From contig DASTGF010000084.1 in the NCBI GenBank assembly GCA_035719255.1, forward strand, positions 1-46,934: 46,934 nucleotides of DNA. The letters are read 5' to 3'. A program made the position numbers and the translations under genes. This stretch comes from Microlunatus sp. (GTDB taxonomy: Bacteria > Actinomycetota > Actinomycetes > Propionibacteriales > Propionibacteriaceae). Shown here piece after piece: positions 16,541-28,092 of the stretch (position 1 is its first letter; each line of letters begins with the position of its first letter). The notes below the pieces were generated by a model. The model had not been told where the DNA came from and made no database searches. It worked only from the letters and a program-made list of their open reading frames with translations.

Positions 16541-18421
16541 TCATCGGGCCTCGGCGAACTGGGTCCGGTAGAGCTCGGCGTAGAGACCGCCGGCGGCGAG
16601 CAAGTCGGCGTGCCGGCCCTGCTGCACGATCCGCCCGTCGTCCACGACCAGGATCAGGTCGGCATCGCGGATGGTGGACAGCCGGTGCGCCACGACGATC
16701 GAGGTCCGGCCCTCCATCGCCACGTCGAGCGCGCGCTGGACGGCTTGCTCGGACTCCGAGTCCAGATGCGCGGTGGCCTCGTCGAGGACGACGATCGGTG
16801 GCGCCTTGAGCAGCAGCCGGGCAATGGCCAGCCGCTGCCGCTCGCCGCCGGACAGCCGATACCCGCGCTCCCCGACGATGGTGTCCAGGCCGTCGGGCAG
16901 CTGCTCCACCAGGTCGCCGATGCGTGCTGCGGCCAGGGCGGCCCGCATCTCGTCCTCGCCGGCGTCAGGCTTGGCGTAGGAAAGATTGGCCCGGATGGTG
17001 TCGTGGAACATGTGGGCGTCCTGGGTGACGTAGCCCACCGCGGCGTGCAGCGAGTCCAACTGCAGCTCGCGGACGTCGGTTCCGCCGACCAGGACGCGGC
17101 CCTGCTGGGCGTCGTAGAGCCGGGCGACCAGATGGGTGATCGTCGTCTTACCGGCCCCGGACCGGCCCACCAGGGCGACGGTCTCCCCGGCCGCGACCCG
17201 GAAGGTGATGTCGGTCAGCACGGTCGACTCCGGGCGGGCGTCCAGGGACGCCACCGACTCCAGGCTGGCCAGCGAGATCTCGGCGGCGGTCGGATAGCGG
17301 AAGCCGACGTGATCGAACTCCACGCTCGCATCCGCGCCGACCGGCTTGGCCCCGGGCCGGTCCGCGATGGACGGTGCGAGGTCCAGCACCTCGAACACCC
17401 GGTCGAAGCTGACCAACGCGTTCATCACGTCGATCCGGACGTTCGTCAGCGATGTGAGCGGCCCGTAGAGCTGGGCGAGCAGACCGGCCATGGCGGTCAG
17501 CGTGCCGACCGTCAGCGCACCGCTGATGGCCAGCGAGCCGCCGACGCCGTAGACCACAGCCGTGGCCAGGGCGGCCAGCAGTCCGAGCGCGGTCATGAAC
17601 ACCCGGCCGTTCATGGCGATCCGGACCGACACGTCGCGAACCGCCGCGGCCCGCTCGGCGAACCGGTTGTGCTCGTCGTCCGAGCGACCGAACAGCTTCA
17701 CCAGCAGGGCTCCGCTGACACTGAACCGCTCCGTCATGCCGGCGGCGAGATCACCGTTGTACTGCATCTGCTGCCGGGTGAGACCGGCCAGCTTGGAGCC
17801 CACCACCCGGGCCGGGATGTAGAAGATCGGCACCATGATCAGCGCCGCCAGGGTCAGCTGCCAGCTGAGCACGAGCATCGCGGCCAGCACCAGAATCAGG
17901 CTGATGATGTTGGACAGCACCGTCGACAGGGTCGAGGTGAACGCCTGCTGGGCGCCGATCACGTCGGAGTTCAGCCGGGAGACCAGCTTGCCCGTCTGGG
18001 TGCGGGTGAAGAAGGCGACCGGCATCCGCAGCACGTGGTCGAAAACCTGGGTCCGCAGGCTGTAGATCAAGCCTTCACCGATTGTCGCCGAGAGCCACCG
18101 CTGGACGAGGCCGAGCGCCGCCTGGATGACGGCGAGCAGGGCGACCACGCCGGCCAGCTCGAGGACCAAGGCCCGGTTGCCGGCCAGAACGCCGTCGTCG
18201 ATGATGCTCTTGAACAGCAGCGGCGGGGCCACCGCCAACGCCGCCGAGATGATCACCAGTACCACGAACCACGCGATCAACCCGCGGAACGGTGCGGCGA
18301 ACCGGAGCGTGCGCCGCAGCACTCCCTTGGTCAGCCGGTGTTCGGCCATTTCGGGGTCGCTCGCCATCCGGCGCATCAGCCCGGCGCCCCCGCCGCGCAT
18401 CCCGCCACCCATGATCGACAT
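16541..18421 (-). CDS. ABC exporter, fused TMD-NBD (MsbA/MdlB-like)
   Basis: TM domain with FFTRTQTG; Walker A GRSGAGKT, LSGGERQR, LDEATAHLD. Confidence 0.93.
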   Translation of the reverse strand: MSIMGGGMRGGGAGLMRRMASDPEMAEHRLTKGVLRRTLRFAAPFRGLIAWFVVLVIISAALAVAPPLLFKSIIDDGVLAGNRALVLELAGVVALLAVIQAALGLVQRWLSATIGEGLIYSLRTQVFDHVLRMPVAFFTRTQTGKLVSRLNSDVIGAQQAFTSTLSTVLSNIISLILVLAAMLVLSWQLTLAALIMVPIFYIPARVVGSKLAGLTRQQMQYNGDLAAGMTERFSVSGALLVKLFGRSDDEHNRFAERAAAVRDVSVRIAMNGRVFMTALGLLAALATAVVYGVGGSLAISGALTVGTLTAMAGLLAQLYGPLTSLTNVRIDVMNALVSFDRVFEVLDLAPSIADRPGAKPVGADASVEFDHVGFRYPTAAEISLASLESVASLDARPESTVLTDITFRVAAGETVALVGRSGAGKTTITHLVARLYDAQQGRVLVGGTDVRELQLDSLHAAVGYVTQDAHMFHDTIRANLSYAKPDAGEDEMRAALAAARIGDLVEQLPDGLDTIVGERGYRLSGGERQRLAIARLLLKAPPIVVLDEATAHLDSESEQAVQRALDVAMEGRTSIVVAHRLSTIRDADLILVVDDGRIVQQGRHADLLAAGGLYAELYRTQFAEAR

Positions 18422-18485
18422 GACATCCCGCCTTCCCGGACGCGAGCGGCTCGTCCGACCGCGAGAGTACGAGAGCGCGCAAACG

Positions 18486-18513
18486 TCCCCGCGACACAAC
18501 CGTCTCGCGGGGA
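18486..18513 (-). terminator. GC-rich hairpin after the HTH/histone-like gene
   Basis: TCCCCGCGA (18486-18494) and TCGCGGGGA (18505-18513) form a perfect 9-bp stem 18 nt after the stop; weak U tract. Confidence 0.45.
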
Positions 18514-18531
18514 GCTGCTATTCCCGGAAGG

Positions 18532-19203
18532 TCAGGACTTCTTGGCCGCGGACTTGCGGGTCGTGGCCTTCTTGGCGGCGGTCTTGGTGGCGGCGGTCTT
18601 GGCAGGAGTCTTGGCTGCCTTGGCCGGTGTCTTGGCGGTCCGGGCCGACGTGGCAGCGGTGGACTTGGCCGCGCCGGTCTTGGTCGCCTTCTTCGTCCGG
18701 GCGGCCGCCGTCGCGGCCTTCTTGGCCGGCGCGGCGCTGGCGGCGCTCTTGCTCGCCGCCGCCTTGGCAGGCGCGCTCTTGGTCGCGCCGGCCTTGGCCG
18801 CGGCGGTGGTCCTGGTCGCTTTCTTCGCCGGCGCTGCCTTGGTCGTGCCGGCCTTCTTGGCCGGAGCGGTCTTGGCGGCGCTCTTGCTCGCCGCCGCCTT
18901 GGCGGGCGCGCTCTTGGCTGCGCCGGCCTTCTTGGTCGCGGTGGCCTTGGTGGTGCTCTTCCTGGCGGCCGGCGCGGCCGTGGCGGTCTTCCTGGCCGGG
19001 CCTCGGGTCGCTCCACCCCGACCGCGGAGCGGCGCACCGGCCTCCTTCAGCACACCGTGCACGAAGCCGTACGAACGGCCGGCGTCCTCGGCGATCTTCC
19101 GGATGCTCTCGCCTGCTGCATACCGCTTCGCGAACGTCGAAGCCAGTGAGCTGCGCTGCGCACCGGTGATCCGAGAGCCCTTGGCCAGCGTGGTGACCGC
19201 CAT
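18532..19203 (-). CDS. Gbn (SCO1839)-like HTH nucleoid-associated protein with long Lys/Ala-rich histone-H1-like tail
   Basis: LAKGSRITG...YAAGESIRKIAEDAGRSYGFVH..L...LRGRGGATRG, then about 155 aa of PAKK/AAK repeats; ATG 19203 after GGAGGA. Confidence 0.8.
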   Translation of the reverse strand: MAVTTLAKGSRITGAQRSSLASTFAKRYAAGESIRKIAEDAGRSYGFVHGVLKEAGAPLRGRGGATRGPARKTATAAPAARKSTTKATATKKAGAAKSAPAKAAASKSAAKTAPAKKAGTTKAAPAKKATRTTAAAKAGATKSAPAKAAASKSAASAAPAKKAATAAARTKKATKTGAAKSTAATSARTAKTPAKAAKTPAKTAATKTAAKKATTRKSAAKKS

Positions 19204-19258
19204 AGTTCCTCCATCCTCGGAGTCATCGAGCCGTACGCCCGATGACGGGCTAGGTCCA

Positions 19259-19363
19259 ATGATCGACTTGTCAAGATCATCTGGCAACGCCTTGGCGGAA
19301 CTTTCCGCAACCGGGAGGCAAGATCATCCGGTGCGGGTGGGCGCGTTGATCACCGCCACCGGA

Positions 19364-19365
<2 letters not shown>
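19259..19365. promoter_or_regulatory. Cluster of five GATC sites upstream of the Gbn-like gene (candidate autoregulatory sites)
   Basis: GATC at 19261, 19275, 19322, 19348 and 19362; CAAGATCATC at 19272 and 19319. Confidence 0.5.
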
Positions 19366-20962
<1,597 letters not shown>

Positions 20963-21055
20963 GATGGTCAATACTCCCAAACCGGGGTCGACAACCCCAA
21001 ACACGTTTCGGGCGCAGAAGAACTTCTGGCCCGGATGTTGTCCCGGCGGACCGGA

Positions 21056-21439
21056 TCAGACGTTGAAACCGAGGGCGCGCAGCTGATCTCGCCCGTCGGG
21101 CGTGATCATCTCCAAGCCCCACGGCGGCATCCACACCCAGTTGATGGCGAACGACGTGACCAGCCCCTCCAGCGCGGTCTGGGTCTGGTCCTCGATCACG
21201 TCGGTCAGCGGGCAGGCCGCCGAGGTCAAGGTCATGTCGATGGTGACCGAGTGGTCGTCCTCGACGTGCAGCCCGTAGATGAGGCCGAGATCGACGACGT
21301 TGATGCCGAGCTCGGGGTCCACGACGTCCTTGAGCGCCTCGGTCAGGTCCTCGACGGTCGGGGCGGCGCTGGGCGCTTCGCTGAGGTCGACGTCGGGCAG
21401 CTCGTCCCGGACGAGGTCGGAAGGTCGGGTGTCGGTCAT
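21056..21439 (-). CDS. sufT: Metal-sulfur cluster assembly factor (DUF59/SufT)
   Basis: LKDVVDPELGINVVDLGLIY, MTLTSAACP, WMPPW; last gene of the suf operon. Confidence 0.9.
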   Translation of the reverse strand: MTDTRPSDLVRDELPDVDLSEAPSAAPTVEDLTEALKDVVDPELGINVVDLGLIYGLHVEDDHSVTIDMTLTSAACPLTDVIEDQTQTALEGLVTSFAINWVWMPPWGLEMITPDGRDQLRALGFNV

Positions 21440-21441
21440 CG

Positions 21442-21909
21442 TCAGTTCTCCTCTGCCGCTGCGAGCGGCGTGGTCGGGACCCCTGCCCGGAGGGCGGCGT
21501 CCTTGAAGGCGGACCATCCCAGGAGGGCGCACTTCACCCGGGCCGGGAACTTCGCGACCCCGACGAACGCCACGCCGTCCTCCAGCCGGTCCTCGTCCGG
21601 CTCGAGCTGGCCGCGGGACTGCATCATGGTCAGGAACTCGTCGTGCAGCTCGAGCCCGTCGGCGACCGGCTTGCCGATCACCAGATCGCTCATCACCGAC
21701 GTCGAGGCCTGCGAGATGGAGCACCCCTGCCCCTCGTAGGACACGTCGGCGACGACGTCTCCGTCGAGATGCACCCGCAGGGTCACCTCGTCGCCGCAGG
21801 CCGGGTTCACGTGGTGCACCTCGGCCTCGTACGGGTCCCGCAGACCGCTGTGGTGCTTGGCCCGGTAGTGGTCGAGGATGATCTCTTGGTACATGTCCTC
21901 GATCTTCAT
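21442..21909 (-). CDS. sufU: SufU / NifU-like Fe-S assembly protein
   Basis: MYQEIILDHY, NPACGD, GCSISQAS, PARVKCALL; start overlaps the sufS stop. Confidence 0.93.
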   Translation of the reverse strand: MKIEDMYQEIILDHYRAKHHSGLRDPYEAEVHHVNPACGDEVTLRVHLDGDVVADVSYEGQGCSISQASTSVMSDLVIGKPVADGLELHDEFLTMMQSRGQLEPDEDRLEDGVAFVGVAKFPARVKCALLGWSAFKDAALRAGVPTTPLAAAEEN

Positions 21910-23237
21910 CAGCGTCTCCCGAAGAAGTCGGCCGTGTAGCGCAGACCCTCCGCCAGCGCGTCGATCTCCGCCGTCGTGGTGTAGAGGTAGAACGACGCCC
22001 GGGTGGAGGACTGGATCCCGAAGCGCTCGTGCAGCGGCCGAGCGCAATGGTGCCCGCCGCGGACCGCGATCCCGCGCGCGTCGAGCAGCTGACCGACGTC
22101 GTGCGGATGCACCAGCTCGTGGTCGCGGGTGGTCACGGTGAACGAGATCGCCCCGCCACGACTGACCGGCTCGCGCGGTCCGAGCACACGTAGTCCGGGC
22201 ACCTCCTGCAACACCTCGAGGGCGTACCGGGTGATGTCCTGCTCGTGCTTGGCCACCGCTGACATGCCCAGCTCGGACAGGTAGTCGACGGCTGCGCCCA
22301 GGCCGACCGCCTGCGCGATCGGCGGCGTACCCGCTTCGAACCGGTGCGGCGGCGGGGCGAAGGTGGAGCCGGTCATCGTCACCGTCTCGATCATCTCCCC
22401 GCCACCCAGGAAGGGCGGCAGGTTCTCCAGCAGCTCATGACGCCCCCAGAGCACACCGATGCCGGTCGGGCCCAGCATCTTGTGACCGGTGAACACGAGG
22501 TAGTCCACCCCGAGGGTGGACACGTCCACCGGCATCTGCGGGACCGCCTGGCTGGCATCCACGATCACCGTCGCGCCGTACGCGTGCGCCTGCGCCGCGA
22601 TGGCGTCCACCTGGTTCACCGTGCCCAGCACATTCGACACATACGCCAAGGACACGATCTTCGTACGCTCGTTGACCAGTCCCTCGTCCGCGGCCGCAGC
22701 GACGTCCAGCCGGCCGTCGTCGGTGACGTCGAACCAGCGCAGCCTGGCCCCGGTTCGCTCGCAGGCGAGCTGCCAGGGGACCAGGTTGGAGTGGTGCTCC
22801 ATCACCGACACGACGATCTCGTCGCCGGGACCCAGGTCCCGGGTGGTGGTGTAGGCGAGCAGGTTCAGCGCTTCGGACGCGTTCTTGGTGAAGACGATCT
22901 CCTCCGACCGCCGGGCACCGACGAATCGGGCCACCTTCGCCCGCGCACCCTCGAAGGCCTCGGTGGCTTCCGCGCCCAGCAGGTGCATGGCGCGGGCGAC
23001 GTTGGCATTGTGGTGCAGATAGTGGTCCTCGATCGTCTCCACCACCGAGCGGGGCTTCTGCGAGGTGTTCGCACTGTCGAGGTAGACCAGCGGCCAATCA
23101 CCGACGGTGCGCTCGAAGATCGGGAAGTCGGCCCGGATGTGCTCGACGTCGTAGGGGATCTCCCCCGCCGTCGGACTCGTGCCGGCCGGCAGCGGGAGCT
23201 CGTCGACGTCCACGACCGCCGGGTACTCCGCCGACAT
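21909..23237 (-). CDS. sufS: Cysteine desulfurase
   Basis: YLDSANTSQKP, MEHHSN, TGHKMLGP, RGGHHCA. Confidence 0.95.
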   Translation of the reverse strand: MSAEYPAVVDVDELPLPAGTSPTAGEIPYDVEHIRADFPIFERTVGDWPLVYLDSANTSQKPRSVVETIEDHYLHHNANVARAMHLLGAEATEAFEGARAKVARFVGARRSEEIVFTKNASEALNLLAYTTTRDLGPGDEIVVSVMEHHSNLVPWQLACERTGARLRWFDVTDDGRLDVAAAADEGLVNERTKIVSLAYVSNVLGTVNQVDAIAAQAHAYGATVIVDASQAVPQMPVDVSTLGVDYLVFTGHKMLGPTGIGVLWGRHELLENLPPFLGGGEMIETVTMTGSTFAPPPHRFEAGTPPIAQAVGLGAAVDYLSELGMSAVAKHEQDITRYALEVLQEVPGLRVLGPREPVSRGGAISFTVTTRDHELVHPHDVGQLLDARGIAVRGGHHCARPLHERFGIQSSTRASFYLYTTTAEIDALAEGLRYTADFFGRR

Positions 23238-24037
23238 CAGCCCTGCTCCGCCCCGGCGGACTCCAGCTGGGCGTCCGCCTCGCGGGCGGCCCGGACGTAC
23301 CGGTCGTAGCCGTCGGCCTCGAGCCGCTCGGCCAGCTCCGGGCCGCCTTCCTCCGCCACCCGGCCCGCGACGAAGACATGCACGAAGTCCGGCTTGATGT
23401 AGCGCAGGATCCGCGTGTAGTGGGTGATCAGCAGCACGCCGCGGTCACCCTGGGCGGTGAACCGGTTGACGCCCTCCGACACCACCCGCAGGGCGTCGAT
23501 GTCCAGGCCGGAGTCGGTCTCGTCGAGGATGGCGAACTGCGGGTTGAGCAACTCGAGCTGGACGATCTCGTGGCGCTTCTTCTCACCGCCGGAGAAGCCC
23601 TCGTTGACGCTGCGCTGGGCGAACTCGCGATCCATCTGGACCCGGTCCATGGCCGTATTGACGTCCTTCACCCAGGTGCGCAGCTTCGGCGCGTGACCGT
23701 CGATCGCGGTCTTGGCGGTCCGGAGGAAGTTGGCCACCGAGACCCCCGGAACCTCCACCGGGTATTGCATGGCCAGGAAGAGGCCGGCCCGAGCGCGCTC
23801 GTCGACGGTCATCGACAGCAGGTCCTGGCCGTCCAGGGTCACCGTGCCGGAGGTGATGGTGTACTTCGGGTGGCCGGCGATGGAGTAGGCCAGGGTGGAC
23901 TTGCCCGAGCCGTTGGGGCCCATGATCGCGTGAGTCTCGCCGCTGCGGACGGTGAGGTCGACACCGCGGAGGATCTCCTTGGTGCCGGACTCGGTCTCGA
24001 CGGTGACGTGCAGGTCGCGGATTTCGAGAGTGGACAT
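23237..24037 (-). CDS. sufC: Fe-S assembly ATPase
   Basis: MGPNGSGKST, NEGFSGGEKKR, LDETDSGLDIDAL, ITHY. Confidence 0.96.
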   Translation of the reverse strand: MSTLEIRDLHVTVETESGTKEILRGVDLTVRSGETHAIMGPNGSGKSTLAYSIAGHPKYTITSGTVTLDGQDLLSMTVDERARAGLFLAMQYPVEVPGVSVANFLRTAKTAIDGHAPKLRTWVKDVNTAMDRVQMDREFAQRSVNEGFSGGEKKRHEIVQLELLNPQFAILDETDSGLDIDALRVVSEGVNRFTAQGDRGVLLITHYTRILRYIKPDFVHVFVAGRVAEEGGPELAERLEADGYDRYVRAAREADAQLESAGAEQG

Positions 24038-24045
24038 AGCGGGTT

Positions 24046-24429
24046 CTACGACTCCTGTAGCTGGCTGGAGATGGCGTTCGGGTCAAGGGGAGCGGAGGTG
24101 TCGACGAGGATGTCCTCGCCGTCGACCCGGCATGGATAGACCGGCACCGGCTCGGTGGCGGGCAGGCCGAGCGGTTCACCCGTACGCAGGTCGAACCTCG
24201 ACCCGTGCAGATAGCACTCGATCTCACCGTCGCCGACGTCGCCCTCGGACAGCGGGATCGAAGCGTGCGAGCACTCGTCCCGGACCGCGTAGTAGCGGCC
24301 GGCGCTGTGCACGATCGCTAGATCGAGGTCGCCGGCCTCCACGGCCAGGGCGGTTTCCGGCGGTACGTCACGGGCCGCGCACACCCGGACGAAACCGGGC
24401 AGCGGCGCTGAGTTCGGTGCGGCGCTCAC
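24046..24429 (-). CDS. Rieske-type [2Fe-2S] ferredoxin
   Basis: DECSH...ECYLHGSRFDLRTG. Confidence 0.9.
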   Translation of the reverse strand: MSAAPNSAPLPGFVRVCAARDVPPETALAVEAGDLDLAIVHSAGRYYAVRDECSHASIPLSEGDVGDGEIECYLHGSRFDLRTGEPLGLPATEPVPVYPCRVDGEDILVDTSAPLDPNAISSQLQES

Positions 24430-25661
24430 TCTGCCTGTCCTTCGTCGCGATCCGAGGTCGTGTCCGCCGGCAGCCCGACGTTGATCGCCAGTTCACCCTC
24501 CACCGCGTCCATCAGCCGCTGCTCGACGGCGGGGATGCCGATCCGGCGGATGATGTCGGCGAAGAATCCGTGGACGACCAGGCGGCGCGCCTCGGCCTCC
24601 TCGATGCCGCGGCTGCGCAGGTAGAACAGCTGCTCGTCGTCGAACCGGCCGGTCGTCGAGGCGTGCCCGGCACCCTCGATCTCGCCGGTCTCGATCTCCA
24701 GGTTGGGTACCGAGTCGGCCCGGCAGCCGTCGGTGAGCACGAGGTTCTTGTTGGACTCATACGTCGTGATGCCCTCGGCGATCTTGCGGATCAAGACATC
24801 GCCGACCCACACCGAGTGCGCGCCCCGGCCCTGCAGCGCACCGCGGTAGTCCACGTGGCTCTTGGTATGCGGGGCGTTGTGGTCGACGAACAACCGGTGC
24901 TCGATGTGCTGACCGGCGTCGACGAAGTAGATGCCGCTCTGCTGCAGGTCGCCGCCAGGGCCGGCGTACTCCGCGGTCTCGACCAGCCGGACCAGGTCGC
25001 CGCCCAGCGAAGCGTTGAGCGTCTTGACGCTCGCGTCCCGGCCGACCCGGAGCGCCACCTGGCCGGCGTGCACGGCGTCGTCGGCCCACAACTGCAGGCC
25101 GACCAGTTCCAGTTGTGCGCCATCGCCGACCAGCACGGTGAGGTAGCTACCGTAGCGAGCCGAGCCACGGTGCTCGAGCACGATGGTCGCCTTGGCGTAT
25201 GCACCGACGGTGATCACCACATGGCCGTACGTGATCTGCTCAGGGCCGGTGCCCGTCAGGGTCACCAGCACGGGCCGGTCCAGCTCGGCCTCGGCCGGGA
25301 CGTCGAGCCGCACCGCGCCGCCCGCGTGGGCCACGGCCAGCGAGGCGACCCGGTCGCTCGGGGCGGGGCCGCCGAGCGCGATCGCCTCGGCGGTGGTGAT
25401 CTCGCTGGTGGTCACCCGCTCGGGTGCGTCGATCGCCCAGTCGAGGTGACCGGGCGGCGTGTCGGCGTCCGGCTCGTCCAGCAGCCCGCGCAGCCGCTTC
25501 AACGGGGTGAACCGCCAGACCTCCTCCAGGCCGTTCGGCCGCGGATGGTCGGCGAGGTCGTACGACGGCACCGGGTGCAGGTGGGACGCAACGGTCTCCA
25601 CCGCGTCCGCCACATTCGGAACGGCCGCCGGAGCAGCCCCGGGCCGGGTATCTACAGACAC
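24426..25661 (-). CDS. sufD: Fe-S assembly protein SufD
   Basis: EEVWRFTP, SVPNLEIETG, HASTTGRFD, LFYLRSRG. Confidence 0.94.
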   Translation of the reverse strand: MSVDTRPGAAPAAVPNVADAVETVASHLHPVPSYDLADHPRPNGLEEVWRFTPLKRLRGLLDEPDADTPPGHLDWAIDAPERVTTSEITTAEAIALGGPAPSDRVASLAVAHAGGAVRLDVPAEAELDRPVLVTLTGTGPEQITYGHVVITVGAYAKATIVLEHRGSARYGSYLTVLVGDGAQLELVGLQLWADDAVHAGQVALRVGRDASVKTLNASLGGDLVRLVETAEYAGPGGDLQQSGIYFVDAGQHIEHRLFVDHNAPHTKSHVDYRGALQGRGAHSVWVGDVLIRKIAEGITTYESNKNLVLTDGCRADSVPNLEIETGEIEGAGHASTTGRFDDEQLFYLRSRGIEEAEARRLVVHGFFADIIRRIGIPAVEQRLMDAVEGELAINVGLPADTTSDRDEGQAE

Positions 25662-25689
25662 AGACGTTCTCTTTCCACGACTCTCTCAG

Positions 25690-25747
25690 GGCCCGGCGAC
25701 AGGCCCAGGGCACGATCCAAGCTGTGCTCTGGGCCTGTCGAAGGGCC
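25690..25747. repeat. REP-like palindrome between sufB and sufD
   Basis: Arms GGCCCGGCGACAGGCCCAGGGCAC (25690-25713) and GTGCTCTGGGCCTGTCGAAGGGCC (25724-25747), 21/24 complementary; shares GCCTGTCGAAGGG with the element at 44772. Confidence 0.75.
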
Positions 25748-25770
25748 GGAACTCACGGCACAACCCCCGG

Positions 25771-27234
25771 TCAGCCGACGGCGCCTTCCATCTGCAACTC
25801 GATCAACCGGTTCAGCTCCAGCGCATACTCCATCGGGAGCTCGCGAGCGATCGGCTCGACGAAGCCGCGGACGATCATCGCCATCGCCTCATCCTCACCC
25901 AGTCCCCGACTCATCAGATAGAACAACTGGTCGTCGCTGACCTTGGACACCGTCGCCTCGTGCGCCATCGACACGTCGTCCTCGCGGACGTCCACATAGG
26001 GGTAGGTGTCGGAGCGGCTGATCGTGTCGACCAGCAGGGCATCGCACTTGACGATCGAGGCCGAGTGGTGCGCGCCCTCCTGGACCTGGACCAGGCCGCG
26101 GTACGACGTCCGCCCGCCGCCGCGCGCCACCGACTTGGAGATGATCGAGCTCGAGGTGTACGGCGCGCAGTGCACCATCTTCGACCCGGCGTCTTGATGC
26201 TGGCCCTCGCCGGCGAACGCGATCGACAGCGTCTCGCCCTTGGCGTGCTCGCCCATCAGGTAGACGGCCGGGTACTTCATGGTGACCTTGGAACCGATGT
26301 TGCCGTCGATCCACTCCATGGTCGCGCCCTCCGCGCAGGTGGCGCGCTTGGTGACCAGGTTGTACACGTTGTTCGACCAGTTCTGGATCGTCGTGTACCG
26401 GCAGCGGGCGTTCTTCTTGACGATGATCTCGACCACTGCGGAGTGCAACGAGTCCGAGCTGTAGATCGGCGCGGTACAGCCCTCGACGTAGTGCACGTAG
26501 GCACCCTCGTCGACGATGATCAAGGTCCGCTCGAACTGGCCCATGTTCTCGGTGTTGATCCGGAAGTAGGCCTGCAGCGGGATCTCCACGTGCACGCCCT
26601 TCGGCACGTAGATGAACGAGCCACCGGACCACACCGCGGTGTTCAGCGCGGCGAACTTGTTGTCCCCGACCGGAATCACGGTGCCGAAGTACTCCTGGAA
26701 CAGCTCGGGATACTCCTTCAGACCGGTGTCGGTGTCGACGAAGATCACGCCCTGCTTCTCGAGCTCGGAGTTGATCTTGTGGTAGACCACCTCTGACTCG
26801 TACTGGGCGGCCACGCCGGCGACCAGCCGGGCCTTCTCGGCCTCCGGGATGCCCAGCCTGTCGTAGGTGTTCTTGATATCCGCGGGCAAATCGTCCCAAC
26901 TCGTCGCCTGCTTCTCGGTCGAGCGGACGAAGTACTTGATGTTGTCGAAATCGATGTCGTCCAGCTCCGCGCCCCACGTCGGCAGCGGCTTGCGCTGGAA
27001 CAACCTGTGGCCCTTGAGCCGCAGATCGAGCATCCACTGCGGCTCGTTCTTCAACCGGGAGATGTTGGCCACGACCTCGGGGGTGAGTCCACGCTGCGCC
27101 GATGCGCCGGCCACGTCGGAGTCGGCCCAGCCCCACGCGTAACGGCCGAGAGCCGCCAGATGCTGATCTTGGGTCTGCCCGGTGCCGGCGAACGCCGGGG
27201 CCGTGGTGGTGGCTGGATCGGATATCTGGGTCAC
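25771..27234 (-). CDS. sufB: Fe-S assembly protein SufB (no intein)
   Basis: [42 protein letters not shown]; GTGA overlap with sufR. Confidence 0.96.
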   Translation of the reverse strand: MTQISDPATTTAPAFAGTGQTQDQHLAALGRYAWGWADSDVAGASAQRGLTPEVVANISRLKNEPQWMLDLRLKGHRLFQRKPLPTWGAELDDIDFDNIKYFVRSTEKQATSWDDLPADIKNTYDRLGIPEAEKARLVAGVAAQYESEVVYHKINSELEKQGVIFVDTDTGLKEYPELFQEYFGTVIPVGDNKFAALNTAVWSGGSFIYVPKGVHVEIPLQAYFRINTENMGQFERTLIIVDEGAYVHYVEGCTAPIYSSDSLHSAVVEIIVKKNARCRYTTIQNWSNNVYNLVTKRATCAEGATMEWIDGNIGSKVTMKYPAVYLMGEHAKGETLSIAFAGEGQHQDAGSKMVHCAPYTSSSIISKSVARGGGRTSYRGLVQVQEGAHHSASIVKCDALLVDTISRSDTYPYVDVREDDVSMAHEATVSKVSDDQLFYLMSRGLGEDEAMAMIVRGFVEPIARELPMEYALELNRLIELQMEGAVG

Positions 27235-27956
27235 GTGTCGGACCTTTCGCTGGAGAGATGCGGTGGGCGAGGTACATGGGTGGTGCAGACACCGTCGCCG
27301 TGCGCGATGGTGGCCAGTCGCTGAACGTGGACGCCCAGCACCCGGGAGAAGGCAGCCGTCTCGGCCTCGCACAGCTCGGGGAAGCGCTCGGCAACGTGCG
27401 CGACCGGGCAGTGGTGCTGACACAACTGCTCGCCCGCCCCGACCGGGCGGGTCGACGCCGCATACCCCTCGGCGGTCAGCACCGCGGCCAACGCCTGAGC
27501 CGGGGTCACCTCGGGATCGGCATCGGCTATTGCGGCGGCGTAGCGGGCCTCGGTGTCGGCGAAGCGCTCGGCGGCGAATTCGTGCACCGCTTCGGCGCCG
27601 GCGGTCCGCTGAAGGAAACCCAGCGCCTTGATGGCGAGGTCGTCGTAGGCAGAATAGAACCGGGCTCGACCCGCGTCGGTCAGCGCGAACACCTTGGCGG
27701 GGCGGCCGCGGCCGCGCGGACCGTACACGCGCTGCTCGCGGGACTCCACCAGTCCCTGCTCCTCGAGGAGGTCCAGATGGCGGCGGATGGCGGCGGCCGT
27801 GAGGCCCAGCCGGCCGGCCAAGGCGGCGGCGGTCGAGGGTCCATGGGTGAGCATCGACCCCGCCACCTGCTCGCGGGTGGACGCGTCACGCTCGATGGGC
27901 GCAGCGCCGGACCGGGACGGACCCGGGCGCACAACACCAGTCGGAGCGGTTTTCAC
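27231..27956 (-). CDS. sufR: Suf operon regulator (HTH with Fe-S Cys ligands)
   Basis: [37 protein letters not shown]; first gene of the suf operon. Confidence 0.9.
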   Translation of the reverse strand: MKTAPTGVVRPGPSRSGAAPIERDASTREQVAGSMLTHGPSTAAALAGRLGLTAAAIRRHLDLLEEQGLVESREQRVYGPRGRGRPAKVFALTDAGRARFYSAYDDLAIKALGFLQRTAGAEAVHEFAAERFADTEARYAAAIADADPEVTPAQALAAVLTAEGYAASTRPVGAGEQLCQHHCPVAHVAERFPELCEAETAAFSRVLGVHVQRLATIAHGDGVCTTHVPRPPHLSSERSDT

Positions 27957-28007
27957 AACACCAGTGTGCTCTTATTCGGCGAGGCCATTCAAATAAGGCC
28001 AGCCTTA
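27930..28007 (-). promoter_or_regulatory. sufR leaderless promoter, with a 12-bp direct repeat and a candidate IdeR/DtxR box
   Basis: -10 CACACT (27968-27963) 6 nt before GTG; CACAACACCAGT at 27930 and 27954; minus-strand TAAGGCTGGCCTTATTTGA (28007-27989) matches 14/19 of TWAGGTWAGSCTWACCTWA. Confidence 0.55.
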
Positions 28008-28092
28008 GTCACTCCCGGAGCGCCTCGGCAGCGTACCGTCGTCCCTCCCACAACCTCATCAGACACGACCTCAGTCGGGAACGGCACCATCC

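Noticed and set aside
25771-27234. Intein in sufB, as in some mycobacteria
   Set aside because: Length is normal (487 aa) and the SufB motifs are contiguous
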